A DNA stretch of 64,000 nucleotides from Gaiellaceae bacterium (GTDB taxonomy: Bacteria > Actinomycetota > Thermoleophilia > Gaiellales > Gaiellaceae): NCBI GenBank assembly GCA_050013935.1, contig JBEKEH010000004.1, positions 6,779 through 70,778 of the forward strand, given 5' to 3'. The notes under the pieces were generated by a model that saw nothing but the letters and a program-made list of their open reading frames with translations, did not search any database and was not told where the DNA came from. Shown piece by piece: positions 8,580-17,005 of the stretch. The first letter of the stretch is position 1. Each line of letters starts with the position of its first letter. Position numbers and translations under genes: made by a program.

Positions 8580-11006
8580 CTAGCGCTGCGAGCCGAAGAC
8601 GATCACCTGCTGGAACGTGGGCCTGTTCGTCCAGCGCATGGTGTCGGAGAGGAAACCGGAGAACTGGATGCGTTCCTTCGTCGCGTCGGCACGCCACGCG
8701 GCGGGATCCGGCCCCTGCGCCGCCGCGAGGGCGTCGCCGGTGGCATCGAGCGATTGCCAGAGCGAGGCCGCGCAGGCGGTGAGGCTGCCGGCGCCGCAGT
8801 AGCTCGTCGAGTACTTCTCCTTCACCGGCAGACCGAGCAGCGTCCGCAGGTCCTTGTCGACGTACGAATACCAGCCGTCGCCGTAGGAGCTGCCGCCCGG
8901 GTTCGCGTCGTTGCTGATCGGCGCGATCTGCGCGAGCTGGTCGGTGAGCGGGCCGAGCACGGGCTGGAGCACCGCGACGGCGAGCTTCGGCCACCACGCG
9001 TCCATGATCGCAGCGCCGGGATCGTCGATCTTGCCGTCGCCGTTTGCGTCGAGCCGGCTCCCGTTCCACGCGCCGAGCAGGGAGAGCATCTCGCTGTCGC
9101 GGGCGCTCGGCGCCGTCCCGTGCGACATCACCTGCGCGAGCAGCGGGACGAGCGTGTCGCGCAGGTCGGTCGTCGCGGCGGCGTTCATCGCGGACACGAC
9201 ACTTGCCGGCGTGTGCTTCTGCTTGGCCGCGATCCCGCGATCCAGCAGGTCGACGCGATGGACGGCGCCGTACGAGAAGTTGTCGTCGGCCGCCGGAAAG
9301 CCCGCCGGCTTGTTGTTCCAGTTCACGATCTCGCCGCTCGCCGGATCGGTGACGTGCGGGTGAGCGGCCGGCGCGAGCCAGCCGTGCCAGTCGTCGGAGC
9401 CGTCCCCGTTTGTCGGCAGCCCGGGATTCACGCCGGGCGCACGCAGCGGCAGCCGTCCGCTCGAGACCATCGCGATGTGCTGCGAGTCGGCGTAGAACCA
9501 GTTGAAGGTCAGCTCGAAGCCGCTCATCGTGTCGATGAATTGCTGCGGCGAGCGGACGCCGCCGGTGGAGAGCACCTGGAGCGGGATCGCCGAGAGCAGC
9601 TCGCGCCCGCGCGTCGAGCGGTCGAGGGAGATCGCGACCTTCGTCCCGTTGCTCGTCGCATAGCCGACGACCGGGCCGTGCACGGTCGTCCGGTACGTGA
9701 GCTCGGTGTCCGGGGTGGTGCCCGTGCCCTTGAGCGTGCCGGCGTCGAACGTCCCCATCGCCAGGCACTGCCCCTTGTACATGTAGTGATGCGTGTCGCC
9801 GCCGCAGAGCGTCTCGGTGAACTCGTCGATGAGATCGGAGCTCGCCGAGGTCGCGCTCCACGCGTAGTCGGGCCCGCGGCCGATCTCGATGTAGAAGCCG
9901 AGGCCGGGGAACGAGACACCGCGGGCGTCGAGCCCGCCGCCGTGGAGGTCCTCCTCCATCAGGATCTCGGGCGCGTAGTAGCCGACCTGCGGGCCGGCGA
10001 CGAAGATCGGGTGCCCGTCGGACGAGCGTTTCGCGCCGATCAGCAGCGCGTTCGACATCAGCCGGTGCTCGGCGAGCGGCGAGGCGTTCGCGACGACCGG
10101 GACGAAGCTGCCCGCGTCGATCGCGACGTTTCCCGGGCCGATCCCAGTCGGCTGGCCGGTCTGGTCGGGGAACGACGCCGACGAGACCGTGACAGGCGCG
10201 TCCGGGTCGCGCTGCTCGCGCAGGTCGTTCCAGACGCCGAGACCCTGCGCGTCGCCGAGCCGCTGCTCGAGCGCGGAGAGCAACTCGGCGCTCTGCACCT
10301 CGTGGCCGCCGCCGGCGCCGAACACGGCCCCGATCAGCGTCCCGATCGCGATGATGTCGTTGCGCGTGAACGGCGTCACGAAGCCGCCCTGCTGCTTGAA
10401 GTACGCGTTGATGCCGCGCAGGTAGGCGTCGACGTCCAGCAGCACCTGGCGGCCGCGCGCGGTCTGCTGCGCGAGCTTCACCTGGGCGGAGAGGAAGGCC
10501 TCGGTCTGCGCGCTCGGGACGAACTGGCGCGCCGACAGCGCGACCGAGAAGGCGTCGTAGCCGGGCACATCGAGCGCGGAGATCCGCGCGGGGCCGCGCA
10601 GGAGCTGAAGGTCGACGCCGCGGTCCTCCGCCGTCGCCCAGCCGGCACCGAACTCGGTGTCCGCGCGCGTCTTCCCGTAGATGTGCGGGACGTCGTACGC
10701 GTCGCGGTCGATGGTGACGCCGGCCGCCGGACTCTCGACGCGCACGGGCTTCGCGCCGCCGAGCCCGAGCGTCTCCGGCTTGTAGAAGCGCGTGAGGTCG
10801 GCGGCGGTGACGTTCCCCTGCAGTGGCGTGAGGCCGTCGTAGAGCGCCTCCTGGCTCGTGAGCTCTGGGAGGTTCGGCCCCTCGCCCGGCGGGAGCACGT
10901 TGAGCGCGAGCAGGGCTGGGTCGGGAGGCGGCGCCGCGGCGGAGGCGCCGAGCGCGAGCGCGCCGGCCAGGGCGGCCGCCACGATCACGAGCCACTTTCC
11001 CTTCAC
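8580..11006 (-). CDS. penicillin acylase family Ntn-hydrolase, secreted
   Basis: ORF 8580..11222 trimmed to GTG 11006 (VKGKWLVIVAAALAGALALGASAAAPP signal peptide). Internal LMSNALLIGAKRS is typical of the Ser nucleophile created by autoprocessing. Confidence 0.9.
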   Translation of the reverse strand: MKGKWLVIVAAALAGALALGASAAAPPPDPALLALNVLPPGEGPNLPELTSQEALYDGLTPLQGNVTAADLTRFYKPETLGLGGAKPVRVESPAAGVTIDRDAYDVPHIYGKTRADTEFGAGWATAEDRGVDLQLLRGPARISALDVPGYDAFSVALSARQFVPSAQTEAFLSAQVKLAQQTARGRQVLLDVDAYLRGINAYFKQQGGFVTPFTRNDIIAIGTLIGAVFGAGGGHEVQSAELLSALEQRLGDAQGLGVWNDLREQRDPDAPVTVSSASFPDQTGQPTGIGPGNVAIDAGSFVPVVANASPLAEHRLMSNALLIGAKRSSDGHPIFVAGPQVGYYAPEILMEEDLHGGGLDARGVSFPGLGFYIEIGRGPDYAWSATSASSDLIDEFTETLCGGDTHHYMYKGQCLAMGTFDAGTLKGTGTTPDTELTYRTTVHGPVVGYATSNGTKVAISLDRSTRGRELLSAIPLQVLSTGGVRSPQQFIDTMSGFELTFNWFYADSQHIAMVSSGRLPLRAPGVNPGLPTNGDGSDDWHGWLAPAAHPHVTDPASGEIVNWNNKPAGFPAADDNFSYGAVHRVDLLDRGIAAKQKHTPASVVSAMNAAATTDLRDTLVPLLAQVMSHGTAPSARDSEMLSLLGAWNGSRLDANGDGKIDDPGAAIMDAWWPKLAVAVLQPVLGPLTDQLAQIAPISNDANPGGSSYGDGWYSYVDKDLRTLLGLPVKEKYSTSYCGAGSLTACAASLWQSLDATGDALAAAQGPDPAAWRADATKERIQFSGFLSDTMRWTNRPTFQQVIVFGSQR

Positions 11007-11014
11007 CGGCAGCG

Positions 11015-11024
11015 AGCCTACCCT
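11015..11024. promoter_or_regulatory. overlapping divergent -10 hexamers (TAGGCT on minus, TACCCT on plus)
   Basis: Plus-strand AGCCTACCCT. TACCCT-N7-GTG 11032 on plus and TAGGCT-N8-GTG 11006 on minus. The whole intergenic region is 25 bp. Confidence 0.35.
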
Positions 11025-11031
11025 AGACGCC

Positions 11032-11712
11032 GTGGATGCACTCGCCGCCTTCGCCGCCGCCCTGCTCGCGCTGCGGCTCTCCGGCGCGCTCGCCCGGCGC
11101 TGGCGCACAACGCGGCGGCCCGAGTTCCTCGCCTGGGCCTGGTCGCTCGCGGCGTACGCCGTCGCCGCGGCGGCGATCCCGTGGGGCGAGGCGGCGCAGT
11201 GGGACGGGCGGACGTTCCGCATCTACTACGCGGCGGGCGCGCTCCTGACCGCGCCGCTGTTGGGTGCCGGCTCGCTGCTGCTCGCCGGCGTCCGCCGGGC
11301 GGCTCCCGTCGCGCTCGCGTACTCGGGGCTCGCGCTCGGCGTCGCGCTCGCGCTGCCGGTGCACGGCGCGTTCGCGCGGCACGGGATCCCGCCTGCGCAG
11401 GACCACCTGGCGTTTTTGCCGGGGCGCCTGCTGGCGATCCTCGCCAACGCGCTCGGCACGCTCGCCGTCGTCGTCGTCGCCCTGCGCTCGTTCCGCCGCC
11501 GGCCGCTGGGCAACGCCCTGATCGTGCTCGGCGTGGCGGCAGCGGCAGCCGGCAGCGGGCTCGCCGGCCTCGGCGCCGGCGGGGCCGCGGCCGGGATCGC
11601 GGCAGGCGCGGCCCTCCTCTACGCGGGGTTTGTCGCGAGCCCGAGCGGCTCCGGCCGGTCCTTACACCTTCCTCATATCGCCGCCAGTACCCTCCCTGAC
11701 CGCAACGCATAG
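11032..11712 (+). CDS. hypothetical polytopic membrane protein
   Basis: In-frame GTG within ORF 10858..11712: VDALAAFAAALLALRLSGALARRW...LAWAWSLAAYAVAAAAIPWG... Several hydrophobic segments. No family recognised. Confidence 0.5.
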   Translation: MDALAAFAAALLALRLSGALARRWRTTRRPEFLAWAWSLAAYAVAAAAIPWGEAAQWDGRTFRIYYAAGALLTAPLLGAGSLLLAGVRRAAPVALAYSGLALGVALALPVHGAFARHGIPPAQDHLAFLPGRLLAILANALGTLAVVVVALRSFRRRPLGNALIVLGVAAAAAGSGLAGLGAGGAAAGIAAGAALLYAGFVASPSGSGRSLHLPHIAASTLPDRNA

Positions 11713-11799
11713 CCGCGCCGAGCGGTGCCGGCCCCGGGAGGGGGCTCCGCGCCCGTTTCGGTCTCCGACCGTGCAAGCAATCCCACTGGGGGTGAATCC

Positions 11800-12348
11800 T
11801 TGCGGCGATTCGTCATGGCTTCGGCCGTTCTCCTCGCCTGCTGCGGCGCGGCGTTCACGGCACGCGTCCACCACGCAGCGGCAAGCGGGCGCACGGTCAG
11901 CTCGACGGCGCGCGCCGTCCTGCGCGGCGAGATCGTGCGCTACGAGCGCGCGACCTGGAACTGGGAGCGGGTGATGGGCGCTCCACGCACCGAGACGGCG
12001 GGCCGCATGCTTGCCCAGATGAGCGGCAGCGACGTCCAGCAGGCGCTCGGACTCTGGCAGCGCCGGGCAGAGGCGGCGCGGCGACGCGCCCAGCGGCCCC
12101 CGCACCTGAAGGCGTGGCTCTGCATCCACCGCTACGAGGCCGCCTGGACGGATGCCGGCGCGCCCTACTACGGCGGCCTGCAGATGAACCTCTCGTTCCA
12201 GCAGCATTACGGCCGCCGGCTGCTCCAGCAGAAGGGGACGGCCGACCACTGGACGCCGCTCGAGCAGATGTGGACGGCGGAAAAAGCCCTCAGATCCAGG
12301 GGTTTCTGGCCCTGGCCGAACACGGCGCGGTATTGCGGGCTCCTGTGA
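11800..12348 (+). CDS. Rpf-like transglycosylase-like domain protein, secreted
   Basis: ORF 11725..12348. TTG 11800 follows the SD-like GGGGGTGA (11788..11795) and gives MRRFVMASAVLLACCGAAF as a signal peptide. The C-terminus WLCIHRYEAAWTDAGAPYYGGLQMNLSFQQHYG...WPWPNTARYCG fits the Rpf pattern (W..C E..W..YGGLQF...W...C). Confidence 0.7.
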   Translation: MRRFVMASAVLLACCGAAFTARVHHAAASGRTVSSTARAVLRGEIVRYERATWNWERVMGAPRTETAGRMLAQMSGSDVQQALGLWQRRAEAARRRAQRPPHLKAWLCIHRYEAAWTDAGAPYYGGLQMNLSFQQHYGRRLLQQKGTADHWTPLEQMWTAEKALRSRGFWPWPNTARYCGLL

Positions 12349-12371
12349 CGGCGTTCTGACAGCGTCGTGAC

Positions 12372-12401
12372 TTGACAAAGACATCATTCTGATATCATAG
12401 T
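12372..12401 (+). promoter_or_regulatory. promoter: -35 TTGACA, 18-nt spacer, -10 CATAGT, leaderless geometry
   Basis: AT-rich island cTTGACAaagacatcattctgatatCATAGTgccgtcATG. There are 6 nt between the -10 and ATG 12408 and no SD. Confidence 0.5.
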
Positions 12402-12407
12402 GCCGTC

Positions 12408-12854
12408 ATGCAGATCGACGGCTACGTCCAGGCACTCCGCGAGGACCTCGCCCGCATCGCCGCTGTCGGCGACGAGCACACCGCCCACGCGGCGGAGGTG
12501 CTCTCGCTCGCGCTCGAGTCCTCGCTCGGCCGGCGCCTCCAGGAGGCGCTCGGCGAGGCGGCGCTCGAGCTGTCGGCGCACCTCCACAGCGGCCGCATCG
12601 AGGTCCGCATGTCGGGCGGCGACCCCGAGCTCGTGCTCGTCGACGACGAGGCCCCCGAGCCCACGTCGTCGGACGAGGCCCTCGACGCCCGGATCACCCT
12701 GCGCCTCCCCGAGGCGCTCAAGCGCCGCGTCGAGGACGCGGCCTCCCGCGACGGCATCTCCGTCAACACCTGGATCGTGCGGGCGCTCGTGCGCGACGCC
12801 GGCACACCCAGGCGGAGCGGCGGACGCCGGTTGACCGGCTACGGCCGGAGTTGA
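12408..12854 (+). CDS. ribbon-helix-helix (HicB/Arc-like C-terminus) protein
   Basis: ORF 12408..12854. Helical N-terminal half, acidic linker, then ITLRLPEALKRRVEDAASRDGISVNTWIVRALV. Confidence 0.8.
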   Translation: MQIDGYVQALREDLARIAAVGDEHTAHAAEVLSLALESSLGRRLQEALGEAALELSAHLHSGRIEVRMSGGDPELVLVDDEAPEPTSSDEALDARITLRLPEALKRRVEDAASRDGISVNTWIVRALVRDAGTPRRSGGRRLTGYGRS

Positions 12855-12865
12855 AAGGAGTCGTC

Positions 12866-13081
12866 ATGTTCGCCTGCTCCGAGCTTCCCGCCGACGGCCG
12901 CTGGGTCTACGAGGACCCCGCCGGCGTTCCCGAGGCGCCGCTCACCCTCGAAGTCCCCGAGACTCTGCGCCCCGGCGTCGAGCGCGCCGCCGTCGGCGCC
13001 GGCCTCACCCCCACCGAGTGGCTCGTCGCCCACCTCTCGACGAGCCTCCGCCCTGCGATCACGAAGGCGGCCCGACCATGA
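12866..13081 (+). CDS. small protein with RHH-like motif
   Basis: ATG 12866 is 5 nt after the strong SD AAAGGAG (12854..12860). LTLEVPETLRPGVERAAVGAGLTPTEWLVAHL mirrors the C-terminus of the upstream gene. Confidence 0.65.
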   Translation: MFACSELPADGRWVYEDPAGVPEAPLTLEVPETLRPGVERAAVGAGLTPTEWLVAHLSTSLRPAITKAARP

Positions 13082-13839
13082 ACGAGCAGCGCTTCCACAC
13101 CCCAGGCCTCCGCAATCTCGAGGTGGTCATCCCGGCCGGCGAGGTCGACGTGACGACGATCGACGGCGACGAGTCGTTCGTCGTCGTCGAGGGCGACGAA
13201 AAGCTCGTCGACCAGACGATCGTCGAGCTGCGCGGCGACCGGCTCGTCGTCGACTTCCACGGCAAGCGAAGCATGTTCGGGATCACGATCGCCGTCGGCG
13301 ACTTCTCGATCGGCGGCGGCCGCCTGCTCGTCCGGGTCCACGTGCCGCACGGCGTCAAGGCACGGCTCGCGACCGCGTCCGCGGACATGGCGCTGCACGG
13401 CCGCTTCTCTGCGCTCGAGACGAAGACGGCCTCCGGCGACCTCGCCCTGAGCGGCGAGATCGCGGCCGACGCCGTCGTGAAGACCGTCAGCGGCGACGTG
13501 CGCCTCGACCCGGTCGGCGGCGACGTCCGGATCCAGAGCGTCTCCGGCGATGTGGGTCTCCGCTCGGTGGGCGGCTCGCTCGTGGCCAAGTCGGTGTCGG
13601 GTGACCTCCGCGTCGAGTCGATCCGCGCGGGCCACGCGGAGCTCACGAGCATCTCGGGCGACATCGAGATCGGCATCGCTGCCGGCTCCAGCGTCGACGT
13701 CGACGCGAGCAGCGTCTCCGGCGATCTCAGCTCCGACGTGCCGCTCGCGAACGTCCCGGGCGAAGGCGAAAGCGGCCCCACCGTCGTCGTGCGCGGCAAG
13801 ACGGTGAGCGGAGACTTCAAGGTCGCCCGCGCCGCGTGA
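13078..13839 (+). CDS. DUF4097-type beta-strand repeat protein (putative adhesin fold)
   Basis: ORF 13018..13839 trimmed to ATG 13078 (ATGA overlap). At least 8 repeats of the SGD[VLI]x[VLI] unit (TASGDLAL, TVSGDVRL, SVSGDVGL, SVSGDLRV, SISGDIEI, SVSGDLSS, TVSGDFKV). No signal peptide seen. Confidence 0.85.
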   Translation: MNEQRFHTPGLRNLEVVIPAGEVDVTTIDGDESFVVVEGDEKLVDQTIVELRGDRLVVDFHGKRSMFGITIAVGDFSIGGGRLLVRVHVPHGVKARLATASADMALHGRFSALETKTASGDLALSGEIAADAVVKTVSGDVRLDPVGGDVRIQSVSGDVGLRSVGGSLVAKSVSGDLRVESIRAGHAELTSISGDIEIGIAAGSSVDVDASSVSGDLSSDVPLANVPGEGESGPTVVVRGKTVSGDFKVARAA

Positions 13840-13871
13840 GCGCAGCGGCACCCTCGGCGGTGCCGCTGCGC
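13840..13871. terminator. bidirectional terminator hairpin between convergent genes
   Basis: GCGCAGCGGCACC-ctcggc-GGTGCCGCTGCGC: perfect 13-bp stem, starting directly after the stop at 13839. Confidence 0.55.
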
Positions 13872-13933
13872 CGCAATCGCGACTTCGTCCTCCTTCAGGT
13901 CGGTCAGGCGCTCTCGACCGCTCGACAACCTGC

Positions 13934-15337
13934 CTACGAGGACAGTCTCTTCCGCAGCAGCCGGTTGACGACGGCCGGGTCGGCCTTGCCCTGCGTCTCG
14001 CGCATCACCTGGCCGACGAGGAAGCCGAGCACGCCCTCCTTGCCGCCGCGGTAGGTCTCGACCTGCTGCGGGTTGGCCGTGAGCACGGCCTCGATCACGG
14101 GGCCCAGTGCGGACTCGTCGCTCACGGCGGTCTGCGCGAGGAACTCCGCCGCGTCGATCGGGCGCTCTGCTGCCGCCGCAAACGCGGCGTTCAAGGCCTC
14201 GCGCGTGAGGTTCCCGGCCCGTATCACCTCGACGAGCGGCACGCCGTTCTCGGGCAGGAGCGTCTTGCCGGCGAGCTGGTTCATCGAGACGGTCGCCGCG
14301 GTGTCGAGGTCGAGCCCGGCTGCGACGAGCAGGACGGCGTTCGCCTCGTTGCCGGTCATCACGAGCTCGTCGGCGCGCTCGAAGCCGATCTCGGCCGCAT
14401 GGCGCTGGATCCGCGCGCCCGGCAGCTCCGGCTGCTCCGCTCGCAGCCGCTCGACGAGCTCCGCCGGCGGCTCGACGGGGACGAGGTCCGGCTCCGGGAA
14501 GTAGCGGTAGTCGTCCGCCTCCTCCTTCGAGCGGTGCACCGTGAGCCGGTCGGTGTCGGGGTCGTAGTCGTAGGTGGACTGCTCGACAGGCTCCCCCGCC
14601 TCGTGCGCGGCGATCTGCTGGCGCACCGCCGCCTCGATCGCGCGGCCGATGAAGGTGAACGAGTTCATGTTCTTGATCTCCCAGCGGGGCCGGTAGCCCT
14701 CTTCCCCGCGCTTGCGCACGGAGACGTTCACGTCGGCGCGCAGCGTGCCCTTCTCCATCTCCGCGTCGGAGATGCCGAGCTCGACGATCGTCTGCCGGAG
14801 CAGGCGCAGGTAGCGGAGCGCCTCCTCCGCGGAGCGCAGGTCCGGATCGCCGACGATCTCGAGCAGCGGCGTACCGCCACGGTTGAAGTCGACGAGGCTG
14901 TAGTCGGCCCCGACGGAGCGGCCGGTGGCGCCGCCCGCGTGCACCGTCTTCGCCGCGTCCTCCTCGAGGTGCGCGCGTACGACGCCGACGCGCTCCTCGC
15001 CCTCCGCCGTCGGCACGACGAATGCGCCGCGCCCGCACAGCGGCGCCTCGTACTGGCTGATCTGGTAGCCCTTCGGCAGGTCGGGGTAGAAGTAGTTCTT
15101 GCGCGCGAAGACGGAGCGCTCGGGGATCTCGCAGCCGAGCGCGAGGCCGAGCTTGATCGTGAACTCGATCGCGCGCTCGTTCGGCACGGGCAGCGCGCCA
15201 GGATGCGCGAGGCAGACGGGGCACGTGCGGGTGTTCTCGGCCGCGCCGTACTCGAGCTCGCAGCGGCAGAACATCTTCGTGCGCGTCTTCAGGTGCGCGT
15301 GCACCTCGAGACCGATCACGGGCTCCCACTCAGACAT
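13934..15337 (-). CDS. gatB: Asp/Glu-tRNA amidotransferase subunit B
   Basis: ORF 13934..15337: MSEWEPVIGLEVHAHLKTRTKMFCRCELEYGAAENTRTCPVCLAHPGALPV... Confidence 0.97.
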   Translation of the reverse strand: MSEWEPVIGLEVHAHLKTRTKMFCRCELEYGAAENTRTCPVCLAHPGALPVPNERAIEFTIKLGLALGCEIPERSVFARKNYFYPDLPKGYQISQYEAPLCGRGAFVVPTAEGEERVGVVRAHLEEDAAKTVHAGGATGRSVGADYSLVDFNRGGTPLLEIVGDPDLRSAEEALRYLRLLRQTIVELGISDAEMEKGTLRADVNVSVRKRGEEGYRPRWEIKNMNSFTFIGRAIEAAVRQQIAAHEAGEPVEQSTYDYDPDTDRLTVHRSKEEADDYRYFPEPDLVPVEPPAELVERLRAEQPELPGARIQRHAAEIGFERADELVMTGNEANAVLLVAAGLDLDTAATVSMNQLAGKTLLPENGVPLVEVIRAGNLTREALNAAFAAAAERPIDAAEFLAQTAVSDESALGPVIEAVLTANPQQVETYRGGKEGVLGFLVGQVMRETQGKADPAVVNRLLRKRLSS

Positions 15338-15596
15338 CGATCTCGCCGATCCGTTCCTTCGCGGTTCGCAAAGCCGCCTCGATGTCGTCGTTCACCTCGA
15401 CCATCGCGATCCAGTCCTCGAGCGCCGGCGGCAGCCTGCGCACGAGCCACAGCTCGCGCTCGCCCGCCTCGAGCGTGAGCTTCACGTCGTTGACGAGCAC
15501 GGCCCGCGAGCCGTCGAGCACGCGCGGAGGCACGCCGAAGACGCGCTCCACGGCGGGAACGAAGTCGGCCGCCGGGTCGGCGAAGCTCCTCTTCAT
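15330..15596 (-). CDS. hypothetical 88-aa protein inserted between gatA and gatB
   Basis: ORF 15330..15731 trimmed to MKRSFADPAADFVPAVERVFG... ATGA overlap with the gatA stop and an 8-nt overlap with the gatB start. Almost all codons end in G/C. No family recognised. Confidence 0.6.
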   Translation of the reverse strand: MKRSFADPAADFVPAVERVFGVPPRVLDGSRAVLVNDVKLTLEAGERELWLVRRLPPALEDWIAMVEVNDDIEAALRTAKERIGEIDV

Positions 15597-17005
15597 CCGG
15601 CGAGCCTCGCCGGGACGGGGTCGAAGCCGATCGCCAGCTCGAGCGCGCGGCCGACCCAGAAGAGCGTGTTCTCGGAGAACTGCGGCCCGATCAGCTGCAG
15701 GCCGACGGGCAGCCCCTCCGACAGTCCGCACGGCACGTTCAGGCCCGGCAGACCTGCGAGGCAGGACGGGATCGTCAACAGGTCGCTGAGGTACATCGCG
15801 AGCGGATTCGCGGTGCGCGCGCCCAACGCGAACGCAACGGTCGGCGACGTCGGCGACACGAGCACGTCGAAGCGCTCGAACACCTCGGCGTGCTCGCGCG
15901 CAAGCACGGTTCGCACCTTCTGCGCCTGCCCGTAGAACGCGTCGTAATAGCCGGCGGAGAGCGCGTAGGTGCCGACCATGATGCGGCGCTTCGGCTCGTC
16001 CCCGAACCCTTCGTCGCGCGTGCGCTCGTACATCTCGAGCCGGTTGCCGCCGCGGCCGGAGCGGTAGCCGAAGCGCACGCCGTCATAGCGGGCGAGGTTC
16101 GACGACGCCTCAGCCGGCGCAATCAGGTAGTAGCACGGCATTCCGTACTCGACAGCGTGCGGCAGCGAGCACTCCCCCACCTCGGCGCCGAGCCCGCGGC
16201 AGAGCTCGATCGCGCGCTGCACCGCGTCGCGCACGCCGGGCTCGATCGCCTCGTGCTCGTTGAACTCGCGCGGGACGCCGACGCGCAGCCCCTTCAGGTC
16301 GTCGCCCTCGGGCAGGGCGACCGGCGCGGGCAGCTCGACGGTCGTCGAGTCGCACAGATCGCGCCCCGCGATGATCGAGTACAGGTACGCACAGTCGCGG
16401 ACGTTCCTCGCCACCGGCCCGACCTGGTCGAGGCTCGACGCGAACGCGACGACGCCGTAGCGGGAGACGGTGCCGTACGTCGGACGCAAGCCGACGTTGC
16501 CGCAGAGCGCGGCCGGCTGCTTGATCGAGCCGCCCGTGTCGGAGCCGAGCGCCCACGGGGCCAGACCCGCTGCCACGGCCGCCGCCGAGCCGCCGCCGGA
16601 GCCGCCGGGCACGCGCTCGGGGTCCCACGGGTTCCGCGTCGGACCGTAGGCCGAGTTCTCCGTCGACGAGCCCATCGCGAACTCGTCCGTGTTCGTCTTG
16701 CCGAGGATCTTCAGCCCGTGCGCCTTGCAGCGTGCGACCACCGTCGCGTCGTAGACGGGAACGTAGCCCTCGAGGATCCGCGAGCCGGCGGTGGTCGGGA
16801 TGCCGCGCGTCCCGATCACGTCCTTGATCGCGATCGGAACCCCCTCGCCGCCCTCGTCCTCGCACACGTGCAGGTAGCAGTGCAGCTCGGGGTCGCGCTC
16901 GTCGATCGCCTGCCGGTAGGCGGCGAACAGCTCGGCCCCGCTGACCTCGCGCTCGCGCAGCAGCCGGGCGGCCTCCTCTGCGGTCAGTCGCAGCGTGTCG
17001 ATCAC
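15593..17005 (-). CDS. gatA: Asp/Glu-tRNA amidotransferase subunit A
   Basis: C-terminal 470 aa of ORF 15593..17419: VIDTLRLTAEEAARLL...GKTNTDEFAMGSSTENSAYGPTRNPWD...GGSSGGSAAAVAAG-like amidase signature. GTGA overlap with gatC. Confidence 0.97.
   Translation of the reverse strand: MIDTLRLTAEEAARLLREREVSGAELFAAYRQAIDERDPELHCYLHVCEDEGGEGVPIAIKDVIGTRGIPTTAGSRILEGYVPVYDATVVARCKAHGLKILGKTNTDEFAMGSSTENSAYGPTRNPWDPERVPGGSGGGSAAAVAAGLAPWALGSDTGGSIKQPAALCGNVGLRPTYGTVSRYGVVAFASSLDQVGPVARNVRDCAYLYSIIAGRDLCDSTTVELPAPVALPEGDDLKGLRVGVPREFNEHEAIEPGVRDAVQRAIELCRGLGAEVGECSLPHAVEYGMPCYYLIAPAEASSNLARYDGVRFGYRSGRGGNRLEMYERTRDEGFGDEPKRRIMVGTYALSAGYYDAFYGQAQKVRTVLAREHAEVFERFDVLVSPTSPTVAFALGARTANPLAMYLSDLLTIPSCLAGLPGLNVPCGLSEGLPVGLQLIGPQFSENTLFWVGRALELAIGFDPVPARLAG

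Noticed and set aside
5854-10995. 1713-aa minus-strand ORF.
   Set aside because: Only the last 523 aa (serA) are real. The upstream 1190 aa are an open but out-of-frame read-through across the aminotransferase and acylase genes, with junk composition. The same logic was applied to 3049..4851, 15593..17419, 24790..28251, 52984..55722 and 54798..56510.
7437-11699. 1420-aa plus-strand ORF, plus similar giants (5077..7779 +, 38739..41291 -, 59413..61743 -, 47001..48752 +, 48762..50555 +, 62022..63620 -, 39179..41164 +).
   Set aside because: Each lies antisense to, or out of frame with, confidently identified genes (serA, acylase, aldH, PFOR, hydantoinase and others). Their translations are Arg/Ala/Gly/Pro/Asp-rich with no motifs. 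These are typical shadow ORFs of a high-GC genome.
11713-11815. Possible ydaO-type (cyclic-di-AMP) riboswitch upstream of the Rpf-like gene. The cue was GGGGGUGAAUCC, together with the known association of that riboswitch with rpf and cell-wall hydrolase genes in Actinomycetota.
   Set aside because: The spacer is about 90-100 nt, which is too short. I could not place the other conserved blocks or the pseudo-twofold pairing. The GGGGGTGA block is better explained as the SD for TTG 11800. A cmsearch with the ydaO-yuaA model would settle it; a hit above threshold spanning about 11690..11830 would overturn this rejection.
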